Positions 48,266 through 57,489 of a DNA stretch of 64,000 bases are shown here, piece by piece (position 1 is the first letter of the stretch; every line of letters starts with the position of its first letter). Source of the DNA: Verrucomicrobiota bacterium. GTDB taxonomy: Bacteria; Verrucomicrobiota; Verrucomicrobiia; Opitutales; Seribacteraceae. The stretch covers positions 103,858-167,857 of the forward strand of contig JAQBYT010000006.1 of the NCBI GenBank assembly GCA_027622665.1, written 5' to 3'. The translations under genes were made by a program, and so were the position numbers. The notes beneath the pieces were generated by a model. The model was not told the origin of the DNA, searched no databases, and saw only the letters and a list, made by a program, of their open reading frames with translations.

Positions 48266-49210
48266 CTACTTCTTCAAGTCCACCAGCTTTTTTCGAAGGC
48301 CGGCGGCTTGCTCCCCTTCGATGACTTGCCAGCACGCCAGTCCGTTGCCCACGAGTTCGTACTCATTGAATTCCCAGACGATTTTCTTTTCGCGGGTGAT
48401 CTCGAAGATTTGCGGGTTGTCGGGTCCGGCGTGGCAGTTGCCCACGATGAAGTTGCCGTTCTCTCGCTCCTGCAGGCAGGTCATCCACTTGAGGTTGACC
48501 TCGGTGCCGGGCACTTTGCCCTTGATTTCCCAGACGACCTTTTTCTCAGGGGAGACCTCGACGACGCTGTTGCCGCTGCCGGAGGCGATCAAGGTGTTTC
48601 CGTTTTTAAGGCGCATGGCCCCGTAGACGCGGGTTTTGATTAGGTAGTCCCAGACCACCTTGCCGTCCTTCACTTCGTACTCGGTCACGACGCCCGGTTG
48701 TTCCGAGCACACGAGGAAGGTGCCTTTGTCGGTGGCTCGGGCCCAACGAGAGGAAGCCGTGCCGCCCGGCTTGAGGGCGAATTGATGTTTGAGTTTGCCC
48801 TCCTTATCCACCTCGATGACGCGCCCCACGCTGCTTTCCACGATACGGGTATTGCCGTTGGGGAGACGGGCGAAGGCGTGTACGTCCACGCGCTTGCCTT
48901 GGTTGCCGTTGCTTTTAGCGCAGTCGTATTCCCAGACCACTTTCTTGTCCAAGGTTATTTCCTTGAGGGTGGTCCAACTGTCGTGAAAGAGGATATTGCC
49001 GTTGGGCAGCAAGTGCACGTCGTGGTGACCAGTGTGCCCGCGTTGCGGTCCGGCTGTCTTGTGCGACCATAGCACGTCGCCCTTGGCGTCTGTGATGGCG
49101 AGGATGTTTTTGCCGTAGGAGGCCCCTACAAGCACGAGGCGTTCTGCCTTAGCGGAGAGGGCACTCAGGGAGAATATGACTGTTAGTATCAGGGGGAATA
49201 GTATTTTCAT
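48266..49210 (-). CDS. Secreted beta-propeller repeat protein (PQQ/arylsulfotransferase-like)
   Basis: Signal peptide; repeats LPNGN.L...EI..DKKVVWE. Confidence 0.7.
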   Translation of the reverse strand: MKILFPLILTVIFSLSALSAKAERLVLVGASYGKNILAITDAKGDVLWSHKTAGPQRGHTGHHDVHLLPNGNILFHDSWTTLKEITLDKKVVWEYDCAKSNGNQGKRVDVHAFARLPNGNTRIVESSVGRVIEVDKEGKLKHQFALKPGGTASSRWARATDKGTFLVCSEQPGVVTEYEVKDGKVVWDYLIKTRVYGAMRLKNGNTLIASGSGNSVVEVSPEKKVVWEIKGKVPGTEVNLKWMTCLQERENGNFIVGNCHAGPDNPQIFEITREKKIVWEFNEYELVGNGLACWQVIEGEQAAGLRKKLVDLKK

Positions 49211-49362
49211 GGTATGTCTGGTGATTATTTAAAAGTGGTTCTTCATGGTCTGTAAGTTATGTGCTAAAGGGAATTCGAGTGTAGTCGATAATTGAACCGG
49301 GCAGCAGCAATCAAGATAATTAATCCTTTAACCGTCGTGCATGTGGTGGAAGTCACCACCTG

Positions 49363-52300
49363 TTACGGTTTGTCGCTGATGGACCTGACGAACCTCTCGT
49401 TCCAGACGGGTGCCCAGCCTTGAGCTCCGGGCATGAAATAGATGATCGTTGGGGAATTTTTAAAAACGTCTACTGCCTCCGGGATAGCCTTGCCAAGGAC
49501 TTCCATGTTCGTGAGGTTTTTGCATTCACTGAACGCGGCGGTTCCAATGCTTGTGACACTTTCGCCTATCGTTACCTTCTTCAGGTTTATGCACCCGGTG
49601 AATGCGGATGCGCCGATAGCGGTGACCCCTACGGGAATGGTGATGCCGGTTAATTCCGTGCATTCACTGAAGGCTTTATGGCCAATGGTGGTAACACTGC
49701 CGGGGATAGTGATGGCAGTTAGGTCGGTGCATTCACTGAAGGCATCTGTTCCAATGCTTGTAACGCCATCGGGAATGGTAACGGTTTCCAGCCTTTGACA
49801 GCGATAGAAGGCATGATTCCCGATACCGGTGACTCCGTCAGGGATGGCATAGGATTGTTCTTTTCCCTCCGGGCACCTGATCAGATTAGTCTTGGTTTTG
49901 TTGAAAAGCACCCCGTCTTGACTGGCGTAAGTGGGATTTCCTCCCACCACGTCGACGGCAACCAGTTTGTCGCAACCTTCAAAGGCATTGCTAGCGATAC
50001 TGGCTACTCCCTCGGGGATGGCGATTTTTTCCAGCCCGTTGCAGCCGTAAAAGGCCCGGGAACCAATTCTTTTGGCGCTTACCGGGAACTGGATGGTTTG
50101 AAGTGAACTTTTGTTCTGGAATGATTGGTCCCCAATGTCAGTCACTCCCTCGGTTAAAATGATTTCCGTGACAGCATTTGTTTTCAGCAGGTCATTGTCG
50201 ATCCAATCAGTGAATATTGCGTTTACGGCGGAAACCATGATCGTGACTGTTTTTAAAGCACTGCACTCAAAGAATGGTGACAAGATGGCCCCTTCCAAAG
50301 AGGTGTGCGAGGTGGAAATTGCGTGGTTTAGACCCCGGGGGATTGTCACTCCTTCCAGGCTTCCGCAGGAAGCGAACGCTCCCGGACCAAGGGTCGTCAC
50401 CGTCACCGGCATGTCAAATTTCTTGAGTTTCTTGCATCCGCTGAACGCGTAACTGCCGATGTTTGTGACTGCCTTGCCCGGCTTGACTTCGATGAGACCG
50501 CGGCATCCCCTGAAAGCATGATCCGAGATTGTTGTCACCGGATCCGGAAGGCTCAGGCTTGTCAATCCGGTGCATCCCCTGAAGGCTTCTTTGCCGATGG
50601 TGGTGAGCTTTACGGGAAACCTCAGGTCGGTTAACCCTGTGCATCCGTAAAAGGCACTGTTGCCAATGTGGGTGAGGCTTCCGGGTAATGACAGGCTGGT
50701 AAGGGTGGCACAGTCGTTAAAGGTGCTGTCTTCAATGACGGTTACACCTTCACTGAAAATGATCTCCGTTATACCTTTTGTTTTCAGCGTCTCACTATCA
50801 ATCCAGTCCGTGATTCTCGTGCTGACGCTGGGAACCTTGATCGTCACGCTCCTTAATCCGCTGCATTCGAAAAATGGTGACAAGATTGCCCCTCCTAAAG
50901 AAGTGTGCGAGGTGGATATCGGGTGGTTCAGACCTGCGGGAATTGTCACTCTTTCCCAGCTTTCGCAGGAGGCGAAGGCTCCCTGGCCCAAGCTGGTAAC
51001 CTTCTCCGGAATGGCAAGTTCCTTCAGTTCCCTGCAACCGCTGAATGCGAAACTGCCGATACTTGTGACTGTATTGCTCAACCGGACCTGGGTTAGACCG
51101 GTGCATCCTTCGAAAGCATGATCGGCGATGGTTGCAACCGAATCCGGAATACTCAGGCTCGTCAATCCGGAGCATTTCGTGAAGGCGCCCTTGCCTATGG
51201 CAGTGAGCTTTCCGGGTAACGTTAGGCCGGTTAAACGGTTGCAGTCGTGAAAGGCGCTGTTGCCAATGGAAGTCAGCTTTGCGGGTAGTAGCAAGCTGGT
51301 AAGCGCCGTGCAACCGCGAAAGGCGCCATTGCCGATGCTGGTCACCTTGTCGTTGAACTCCACGCTAGTTAGGCTTTTGCAACCATGGAATACAAAGTTC
51401 CCGATGCTCGGCACACCTGCGGGAATTCTCACGCCCGTAAGTTTTACGCAGGACGCAAATGCAAATGCACCTATAGAATTGACGGTCTGTGGAATGGAAA
51501 TGGTGTCCAGTGCCGAACATTCACGAAAGGCATAATTCCCGATGGCGATGACTCCCCCGGACATGGTGACGGAGGTTAGTCCGTCACACCGATAAAAAGC
51601 GGCATCCTCTACGTGGGTAACGCTTGCTGGAACTTCATAAGTGCCTTTCTTGCCTTGCGGGCATCTCAGCACCCGCTGCTTGGCCTTGTTCAGCAGTACC
51701 CCATCCTCACTCGAAAAGGTCGGGTTCTTTTCAGACACTGAGATGGTTTTCAGGCTGGTACAGTCGTCAAAGGCCGAATTCGCAATATTGTTGACGGCAA
51801 TAGGTATGGTGATGCCCGTCAAGCTGTTGCAATGTTCAAAAGCTTTCTGACCGATGTAAGTGAGGCTGTCGGGCAGTACTGGGTCGGTCAGTCGCGAACA
51901 GCCATAGAATGCGCCATCGCCAATACTGGTTAGCCCTGTGCCGATGGTCACGCTCCTTAGGTTTTCACAGCCGTAAAAAGCATACTTGCCAATGCTTGTC
52001 ACCTCATTGGGCATCTTTAGTCGGACCAGGCTTTTGCAGCCGTAAAACGCCCCGTCTCCAATACTCTTTAGGCTCTCCGGAATCACGAGGGTGGTTACGC
52101 CGTCGGGAATGGCATTGCCTTCACTGAATTGCCGCGGGAGGGTGTTGCCGTCGGAAACCAAAGATCCAATTCGACCAACCGGAAACCCCGCAATCACCTT
52201 AGGTAGGACCACTGTTCCGTTAGCCATGCACTTAATGATTGTGACGAGATTTCCACTCACCTCCCACTTGAAATCATCAATCGGGTTTGGCTTTAAAAGA

Positions 52301-52533
52301 AACGTGAATTGATCGACAGGCTCCACTTGTCCAAGGTCGATCTCCTCCGGCTGTTCAACTTGCTTCTGGTTTTCGGCTTTGTCCGGCTGCTCTGTCTCAC
52401 CCGACTTTTCTGTTTTTTCGGCCAACTCCGTTTTCTCTGTCTGCGAGTTTTCGGAAGACCCGCATCCGCTGAAAACAAGGGGTAGTCCTAGCAAGACTAC
52501 TGTGGCAAGGAAGTGGATTTCGGGGTTTTTCAT
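49363..52533 (-). CDS. BspA/TpLRR-type leucine-rich repeat surface lipoprotein
   Basis: Lipobox FSGC; many LxxxxIPxxVTxIGxxAFxxCxx repeats; two S.DGVL.NK....L..CP inserts. Start at MKNPE. Confidence 0.92.
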   Translation of the reverse strand: MKNPEIHFLATVVLLGLPLVFSGCGSSENSQTEKTELAEKTEKSGETEQPDKAENQKQVEQPEEIDLGQVEPVDQFTFLLKPNPIDDFKWEVSGNLVTIIKCMANGTVVLPKVIAGFPVGRIGSLVSDGNTLPRQFSEGNAIPDGVTTLVIPESLKSIGDGAFYGCKSLVRLKMPNEVTSIGKYAFYGCENLRSVTIGTGLTSIGDGAFYGCSRLTDPVLPDSLTYIGQKAFEHCNSLTGITIPIAVNNIANSAFDDCTSLKTISVSEKNPTFSSEDGVLLNKAKQRVLRCPQGKKGTYEVPASVTHVEDAAFYRCDGLTSVTMSGGVIAIGNYAFRECSALDTISIPQTVNSIGAFAFASCVKLTGVRIPAGVPSIGNFVFHGCKSLTSVEFNDKVTSIGNGAFRGCTALTSLLLPAKLTSIGNSAFHDCNRLTGLTLPGKLTAIGKGAFTKCSGLTSLSIPDSVATIADHAFEGCTGLTQVRLSNTVTSIGSFAFSGCRELKELAIPEKVTSLGQGAFASCESWERVTIPAGLNHPISTSHTSLGGAILSPFFECSGLRSVTIKVPSVSTRITDWIDSETLKTKGITEIIFSEGVTVIEDSTFNDCATLTSLSLPGSLTHIGNSAFYGCTGLTDLRFPVKLTTIGKEAFRGCTGLTSLSLPDPVTTISDHAFRGCRGLIEVKPGKAVTNIGSYAFSGCKKLKKFDMPVTVTTLGPGAFASCGSLEGVTIPRGLNHAISTSHTSLEGAILSPFFECSALKTVTIMVSAVNAIFTDWIDNDLLKTNAVTEIILTEGVTDIGDQSFQNKSSLQTIQFPVSAKRIGSRAFYGCNGLEKIAIPEGVASIASNAFEGCDKLVAVDVVGGNPTYASQDGVLFNKTKTNLIRCPEGKEQSYAIPDGVTGIGNHAFYRCQRLETVTIPDGVTSIGTDAFSECTDLTAITIPGSVTTIGHKAFSECTELTGITIPVGVTAIGASAFTGCINLKKVTIGESVTSIGTAAFSECKNLTNMEVLGKAIPEAVDVFKNSPTIIYFMPGAQGWAPVWNERFVRSISDKP
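50110..51310. repeat. Diverged tandem duplication with a 600-bp (200-aa) unit inside the LRR gene
   Basis: Lines at 50161/50761, 50281/50881 and 50641/51241 align at an offset of exactly 600 nt. End points are approximate. Confidence 0.85.
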
Positions 52534-52697
52534 GCATAAGGTATCAAGCCATGAATCCTGCAATGCAATGCTAGAATACCTTCTTCAAAAAGGTTTTTCC
52601 CGCAGGAGATAATTGGCCAGGGCGGCTATTTCTCAAGCCGAATGTCTGATGCCGCCGAATCGATCTGCCCTTCGAGGAACGCAGGTTCGAAAGCGAA

Positions 52698-54512
52698 TTA
52701 TTTGGTCAAGGCGTTGATCGGTGTGAGGTCGAGCTTCCGGAACTCCACCTCGGAGCCTTCCGCCTGGATGGCGATCTTGCCCTTCTTGGCGGTACACTTG
52801 GAGCCGTGGTTCACTAAGTCGCCGTTTACCCACACCTTGACCTCGTCTTCGATGCACTCGATCACCATGCGGTTCCATTCGCCGGGCTCCTTCTCGGAAC
52901 CGTCGGTTAGGTTGAGTATGCGGCGGGCCTTGCCCTCGGTGATGCCCCAGTTTTTCTCGGCTCCGCGTCGCTTCACCATGTCGGGCACGGTGATGTCCTC
53001 CACGATGCACCAGAAGTCGCCCGCGTGTCGGTGGTTCATCTGCACCTCGATCGACTTCGGGAACATCTCGTAGAGGGCTCGCGGCGTTGAGGAGTGCACC
53101 AGCACTCCGCAATTGCCCGGCTTGCTCGCGAAGCGGTATTCCACTTCGAGGCGGTAGTTCCGGTTTATTTCGTCATGGACCAAGTGGCCGCCTGGCGAAC
53201 CGAGGCTTACCAGCATGCCGTCGCGGGACACGAAGGGCACCTTGCCGTCGGGGTGCTTATCGAGGTGGGGAACGTCCACCTTCCAGTCCGTCAGATCCTT
53301 GCCGTTGAATAGGCTGCGGGTATGGGGAGAGGGCAGGTCATGCTTGTCGTAGAGGCGTTGCCAAAATACTTTCCAGTACTTGTCGTAGTAGTCGTTGGCG
53401 GCTGTCTTGATGTGGGGAAGTTGCGTGGTCACGGGGGCCTTCTCGGGATCGTAACCCTTCAGATGTTCGTTGCCCGCGCGTTTGCGAGGCGAGACGAAGC
53501 GCCACTCCTTGTCGCCCATCACCTCCTCGCACAACTCGGCTAGGTCGAGGTCGTATTCCATCAATTGTTTGCGGGTGTTTACGTGGTTGTGGTCGTGGTC
53601 GCGGAGGCGGTTGGTGTCGTACCAAGTCTGGAAACCTTCCGCCCAGTATTCGGCCCGGTTCCTCGAGGCGTAGCAGCGCTTGGGACCGCCGAACACTATG
53701 ATCACCTTGTCGTCGCCGTTTACCTTCACCTTGGCGTTGCTCGGCTTGCCGTTGACCAACACATCGCCCTCGTCGAGGCATTTTTTCAACAAGGCGGGAG
53801 ACTCCTCGGGAAAAGCTTTCTTCAAGGCTCCCAGCAGGGAAACTTTCTTGTCTCCTTTCACCCGACGGAAGCGCTGGGCGGCCCGCCCGTCGTTCCAGAT
53901 CCCCAGCTCGTGGGATTTCTTGAAGGCCGCGGTTAGGCGCTCCTGTTGGTCCTTGTCGAAGCCCGCCCCGTGTACCACGTGCCCGAACTCGTGAACGAGG
54001 ATGCTTTCCAGGCGCATGCCGCCTTCGTATTCCATAACGTCCTCTTCCGAGAAGAGCACCACCGGGCGCTGCCCGAACCACCGTAGGAAGCCGCGCTGGC
54101 GCCAATTGTAGAAGTCCAGTTCCCTGCCCGTTTTGGCGCTGCGGAACTGGGGCAGTTGGGAAGTGAGCTCGTCATGCCCGACCAATACGCAGAGCAACCT
54201 GCGCTTGCGTATGCGCTCGGCCACTTCTGGGTTGATGCTCTTCATCATCTTCCCAAACAAGTAGGCCGTCTCTGCGTGGGCGTAGTCCGACACCTTGCCC
54301 GAGGTGGCGATCAGTATGCTGTCCACCTCCGTCGCCTTCTTGTAGAACTTTGTGTCCAGCTTGTGGGCCTTGGCTTGTTCTTCGCTCAGCGACTGGGTCT
54401 CGTACTTGGCGAAGGCGGAGCAGTGGAGCAGACCGGCGAAAAATGACAGCACGAGGGAAAGAAAAGCAGAAGAGATCTTCATTGTTTGTAGCGGGTTGAA
54501 CAAGGCCATCAC
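52698..54512 (-). CDS. Secreted HExxH metallopeptidase-like domain with an S4-like insert, fused to DUF1080 (3-keto-disaccharide hydrolase)
   Basis: ILVHEFGHVVH and EYWAE; C-terminal SLFNGKDLTDW, GNCGV, IEVQ, GEWN, IAIQAEG..VEFR. Confidence 0.8.
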   Translation of the reverse strand: MMALFNPLQTMKISSAFLSLVLSFFAGLLHCSAFAKYETQSLSEEQAKAHKLDTKFYKKATEVDSILIATSGKVSDYAHAETAYLFGKMMKSINPEVAERIRKRRLLCVLVGHDELTSQLPQFRSAKTGRELDFYNWRQRGFLRWFGQRPVVLFSEEDVMEYEGGMRLESILVHEFGHVVHGAGFDKDQQERLTAAFKKSHELGIWNDGRAAQRFRRVKGDKKVSLLGALKKAFPEESPALLKKCLDEGDVLVNGKPSNAKVKVNGDDKVIIVFGGPKRCYASRNRAEYWAEGFQTWYDTNRLRDHDHNHVNTRKQLMEYDLDLAELCEEVMGDKEWRFVSPRKRAGNEHLKGYDPEKAPVTTQLPHIKTAANDYYDKYWKVFWQRLYDKHDLPSPHTRSLFNGKDLTDWKVDVPHLDKHPDGKVPFVSRDGMLVSLGSPGGHLVHDEINRNYRLEVEYRFASKPGNCGVLVHSSTPRALYEMFPKSIEVQMNHRHAGDFWCIVEDITVPDMVKRRGAEKNWGITEGKARRILNLTDGSEKEPGEWNRMVIECIEDEVKVWVNGDLVNHGSKCTAKKGKIAIQAEGSEVEFRKLDLTPINALTK

Positions 54513-54895
54513 CTTCGCGCCTTCACTTCCTCTTGTCCATGAAGGAATGCAAGGTGAGTCAGATATACTACGGGTGAGGCGGAAACCGAAGTCTCCGATC
54601 CGCGAATCTAAGATGTTTTAGGGGGAGGCCGGAGGCGATATGGTTGGCGGAGGTTCAGAAGAGGGAATGACCGGTGCTTGCGAGGTTTTGCCCCGTACTC
54701 TTTTTCGAGCGGTTTGTCTTTTTTTGTCTTTTCAGGCCCAGTGTGCTCCTCGCAATGACAAAGAATTAATCCGCGAGGGTGAGGTGTGTGGGAGGCCCGT
54801 GACAAGAGATTATGAAAAGGTTCTGACAGAAGGCTCAGCAGCTGATGGAGAGGCCATTGACTCGCCGGGTGGGTATTGGTAATTGTATTTGCCTC

Positions 54896-55360
54896 GTGAA
54901 TCGCGTTTTCTCCAGTGCCTTTACTCTTGTTGCGATCCTCTTGGTGGGGGGGTGTGCGAGTGTTCGCTTGGATCCCGACTTGTGCCGAAATTGCCGAGGA
55001 TACGCCTGTCGCTTGGCCTGCGGGGTGTGCGCGGGCGAGGGACAACTGTTCGTGCGAGAGGATTTGGAAACCTGTGTGTGGTGCCATGGTTCGGGGCGGA
55101 AATGGGAGAGCGTGCCCGTGCGGCGTGTGGAAAAACAGTCGGATGGATCGGAAAAGGTGGTTACGCGCTGGGTGACGCGTCGAGTATGGTGCAGTTATTG
55201 CGGTGGGAGGGGTTCTTGGAGGAAGCGAGTGTTCGAGGCTTGCAAACCTTGCCAAGGCTCGGGAACGGGCGAATATCCCTTCGTTTGTGCCGTGTGCGAA
55301 GGCACCGGGGAACGAACGAAGGGAAGACGTCCCGAAAGAAACTGGGTGGAAGCTCCCTGA
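54896..55360 (+). CDS. Lipoprotein made of DnaJ-type CxxCxGxG zinc-finger repeats (no J domain)
   Basis: Probable GTG start at 54896, lipobox VGGC; CRNCRG, CGVCAGEG, CVWCHGSG, CSYCGGRG, CKPCQGSG, CAVCEGTG. Confidence 0.75.
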   Translation: MNRVFSSAFTLVAILLVGGCASVRLDPDLCRNCRGYACRLACGVCAGEGQLFVREDLETCVWCHGSGRKWESVPVRRVEKQSDGSEKVVTRWVTRRVWCSYCGGRGSWRKRVFEACKPCQGSGTGEYPFVCAVCEGTGERTKGRRPERNWVEAP

Positions 55361-55406
55361 CGGGGTAGGCTTGACCTTTGTAACGGTAAATCCGAATCTT
55401 GGAATC

Positions 55407-56417
55407 GTGCGTCTTGTACTTTCATGTTTTGGCCTGCTCTCCGTCTTGGTTTCCGCGAACGGGGAACCCGCTTCCTATTTACGCGTAACCGGTGAGGCGG
55501 ATGGAAGTCGGCGTCTGGAACTGGCGTCGCGTACCCTAGCTTCCCCCGAGCACAAGAAGTTGAAGGTGACCTTGCTTGGCGTTTCCCACATCGGGGACTT
55601 GTCCTTCTACAAGAGTGTGCAGCAGCGTCTGGATGCCGCGGATCTGGTTTTATTCGAGGGCGTGGGTTGGGGAGACGGCCCGCCCAAGGCGAAACCCGGA
55701 AAAACTGCCGGGGTAGGGGAGCTGCAGGATTCGTTGGCTAATTCGATGGGGCTCGTCTTCCAGTTGAGGGCGATTCGATACGATCGTCCGCACTTCCGAA
55801 ACAGTGACATGTCCCTTCGAGCTTTTACGGACAGTTTGAGTGGGAACAAGAGTAAGCTTGGGAATAACGCTGACGGAGAGGTTGTTTCGGGCAAGCCGGG
55901 CAAAGTTGCGCGGAAGGGCAAGGACGACCTTGCCGCACAAGAGATGATGCGGGCGCTTTCGGGTGACTCCATTGTGTTTTCCTTCGTCAGCGGCGCCCTC
56001 AATATCTTTGGTAAAAGCCCCAAGTTCCGGGGGTTGATGAAGCTCGCGATGGTGGAAACCCTCGGCTCCCTCGGGGGAGATGTTTCCACGCTCGCAAAAG
56101 CCGCGGGTCCGGGCATGGAGAAATTTATGCGCATTGCGCTGGAGAAGCGTAACGCCATAGTGATCAAAGATCTCGAGAAGATCCTAAAGGACAAGGAGGG
56201 GTATGGGGACGTCGTGGTGTTTTACGGGGCCGCCCATATGCTCGATATCGAGCGGCAATTGTCGGAGAAATTCGGCTTTGCTTCTGTGGGAGAGAAATGG
56301 CTACCCGCGTTCGGGGTGAACCCGAAGGAGGCGGGGTTGTCGACTTTGGAGGTGAATCTCGTCCGAAATATGATTCGAACCCAGATCGGCAGGCTCAAGA
56401 AGAGAGCGCCCGATTGA
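55407..56417 (+). CDS. Secreted TraB/PrgY/GumN (TIKI-like) superfamily protein
   Basis: GVSHIG, VLFEG, RN, VFYGAAHM motifs; signal peptide from GTG at 55407. Confidence 0.65.
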   Translation: MRLVLSCFGLLSVLVSANGEPASYLRVTGEADGSRRLELASRTLASPEHKKLKVTLLGVSHIGDLSFYKSVQQRLDAADLVLFEGVGWGDGPPKAKPGKTAGVGELQDSLANSMGLVFQLRAIRYDRPHFRNSDMSLRAFTDSLSGNKSKLGNNADGEVVSGKPGKVARKGKDDLAAQEMMRALSGDSIVFSFVSGALNIFGKSPKFRGLMKLAMVETLGSLGGDVSTLAKAAGPGMEKFMRIALEKRNAIVIKDLEKILKDKEGYGDVVVFYGAAHMLDIERQLSEKFGFASVGEKWLPAFGVNPKEAGLSTLEVNLVRNMIRTQIGRLKKRAPD

Positions 56418-56431
56418 TATGTCTCGGCTGG

Positions 56432-57472
56432 TCAATTGCAGACAAGCATGGGCTTGAGGACTTCTTGGGCTTCGCCGTCGAGAAATCCTTGTTCGGCTTC
56501 CGCCAAGGGATATAAGCTGACTAGGGTGTCCGAATCCACGGCGCCTTGTTGGAGTAGATCGAGGGCACTTAGGTAGTCGGGCTTGGAGGAGCCATAGCTT
56601 ACCCGAACGTCGATTTGGCGTCGGACGAATTGGGTGACGTCGAAGTCGACCTTCGACCCGTAGAGGGCGACGACCGAGACGACCCCGTTCATCTTCAGGC
56701 TTTGCCACGCTTCGGCGAGTACGGGTGATGCTCCCGAAGCCTCGATGTGGGCATCTGCTTCCTCGCCGAAGTGATCCTTTACCTGCTCGTGGAGCGGCGG
56801 CAGGTCGGGACCAACGGTGAGGGTAGGGAAACCGATCGAACGCAAGGCGGAGAGGCGGGCTTTCTCGTCGCGCTCGGTGCCTGCTATTACGACTTCGGCC
56901 CCCCGATGTCGGGCGGAGATGGCACAGAAGGTGCCGATGATTCCAGGGCCGGTGACGATTACCTTAGCACCCTTGCCGATGCTCGAGCGGTTGCCCACGC
57001 AATGTTCGGCGACGGAGAGAGGTTCGGTGAGTGCGGCCAAGCACATGTCGAGACCATCGGGCACGGGGATTAGGAACTCCTCGTGCACCGCCACGCGCTC
57101 GGCCATGCCGCCGTCGAGGTGGAGACCTTGGACACGACGCCGGGCGGAAAGCTGGGGCAGACCTTGACGGCAGTAGCGATCGTTGTCGTCATGGTGCGTC
57201 TGCAGGGCGATCATGACGGTGCGGTCGCCTTCCTTCCATTCGGATACGCTCGGGCCGACTTTTTCTACGATTCCCGAAAGCTCGTGACCGAAGGTGACTT
57301 TTTCTAGGACGAACTCGTACCCCGGATGGTTAAGCCAAGCGTGAAGGTCGGAACCGCAGATTCCGCAATTGGATACGCGAAGCAGGACTTCGTTGTCTCC
57401 CGGTTCGGGAACGTTCACTTCCTCCAAGCGGGCGGCTCGAGGTTCCTTGGCGTGTCTTCGGAATGCTTTCAT
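56432..57472 (-). CDS. Zinc-dependent (MDR) dehydrogenase, sorbitol/threonine-dehydrogenase-like
   Basis: GICGSDLH, GHE, DGGMAE, LTEPL, GPGIIG. Confidence 0.9.
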   Translation of the reverse strand: MKAFRRHAKEPRAARLEEVNVPEPGDNEVLLRVSNCGICGSDLHAWLNHPGYEFVLEKVTFGHELSGIVEKVGPSVSEWKEGDRTVMIALQTHHDDNDRYCRQGLPQLSARRRVQGLHLDGGMAERVAVHEEFLIPVPDGLDMCLAALTEPLSVAEHCVGNRSSIGKGAKVIVTGPGIIGTFCAISARHRGAEVVIAGTERDEKARLSALRSIGFPTLTVGPDLPPLHEQVKDHFGEEADAHIEASGASPVLAEAWQSLKMNGVVSVVALYGSKVDFDVTQFVRRQIDVRVSYGSSKPDYLSALDLLQQGAVDSDTLVSLYPLAEAEQGFLDGEAQEVLKPMLVCN

Positions 57473-57489
57473 GTAAGTTTTAACAGGTT

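Noticed and set aside
49343..49359. Hairpin GTGGTG-N5-CACCAC after the LRR gene (a similar CGGTGT-N6-ACACCG lies after kbl)
   Set aside because: No U-tract on the coding strand, so it cannot be called an intrinsic terminator.
49400..52100. Regular ~69-bp periodicity resembling an array
   Set aside because: Explained by coding LRR repeats; there are no identical repeats with unique spacers, so it is not CRISPR.
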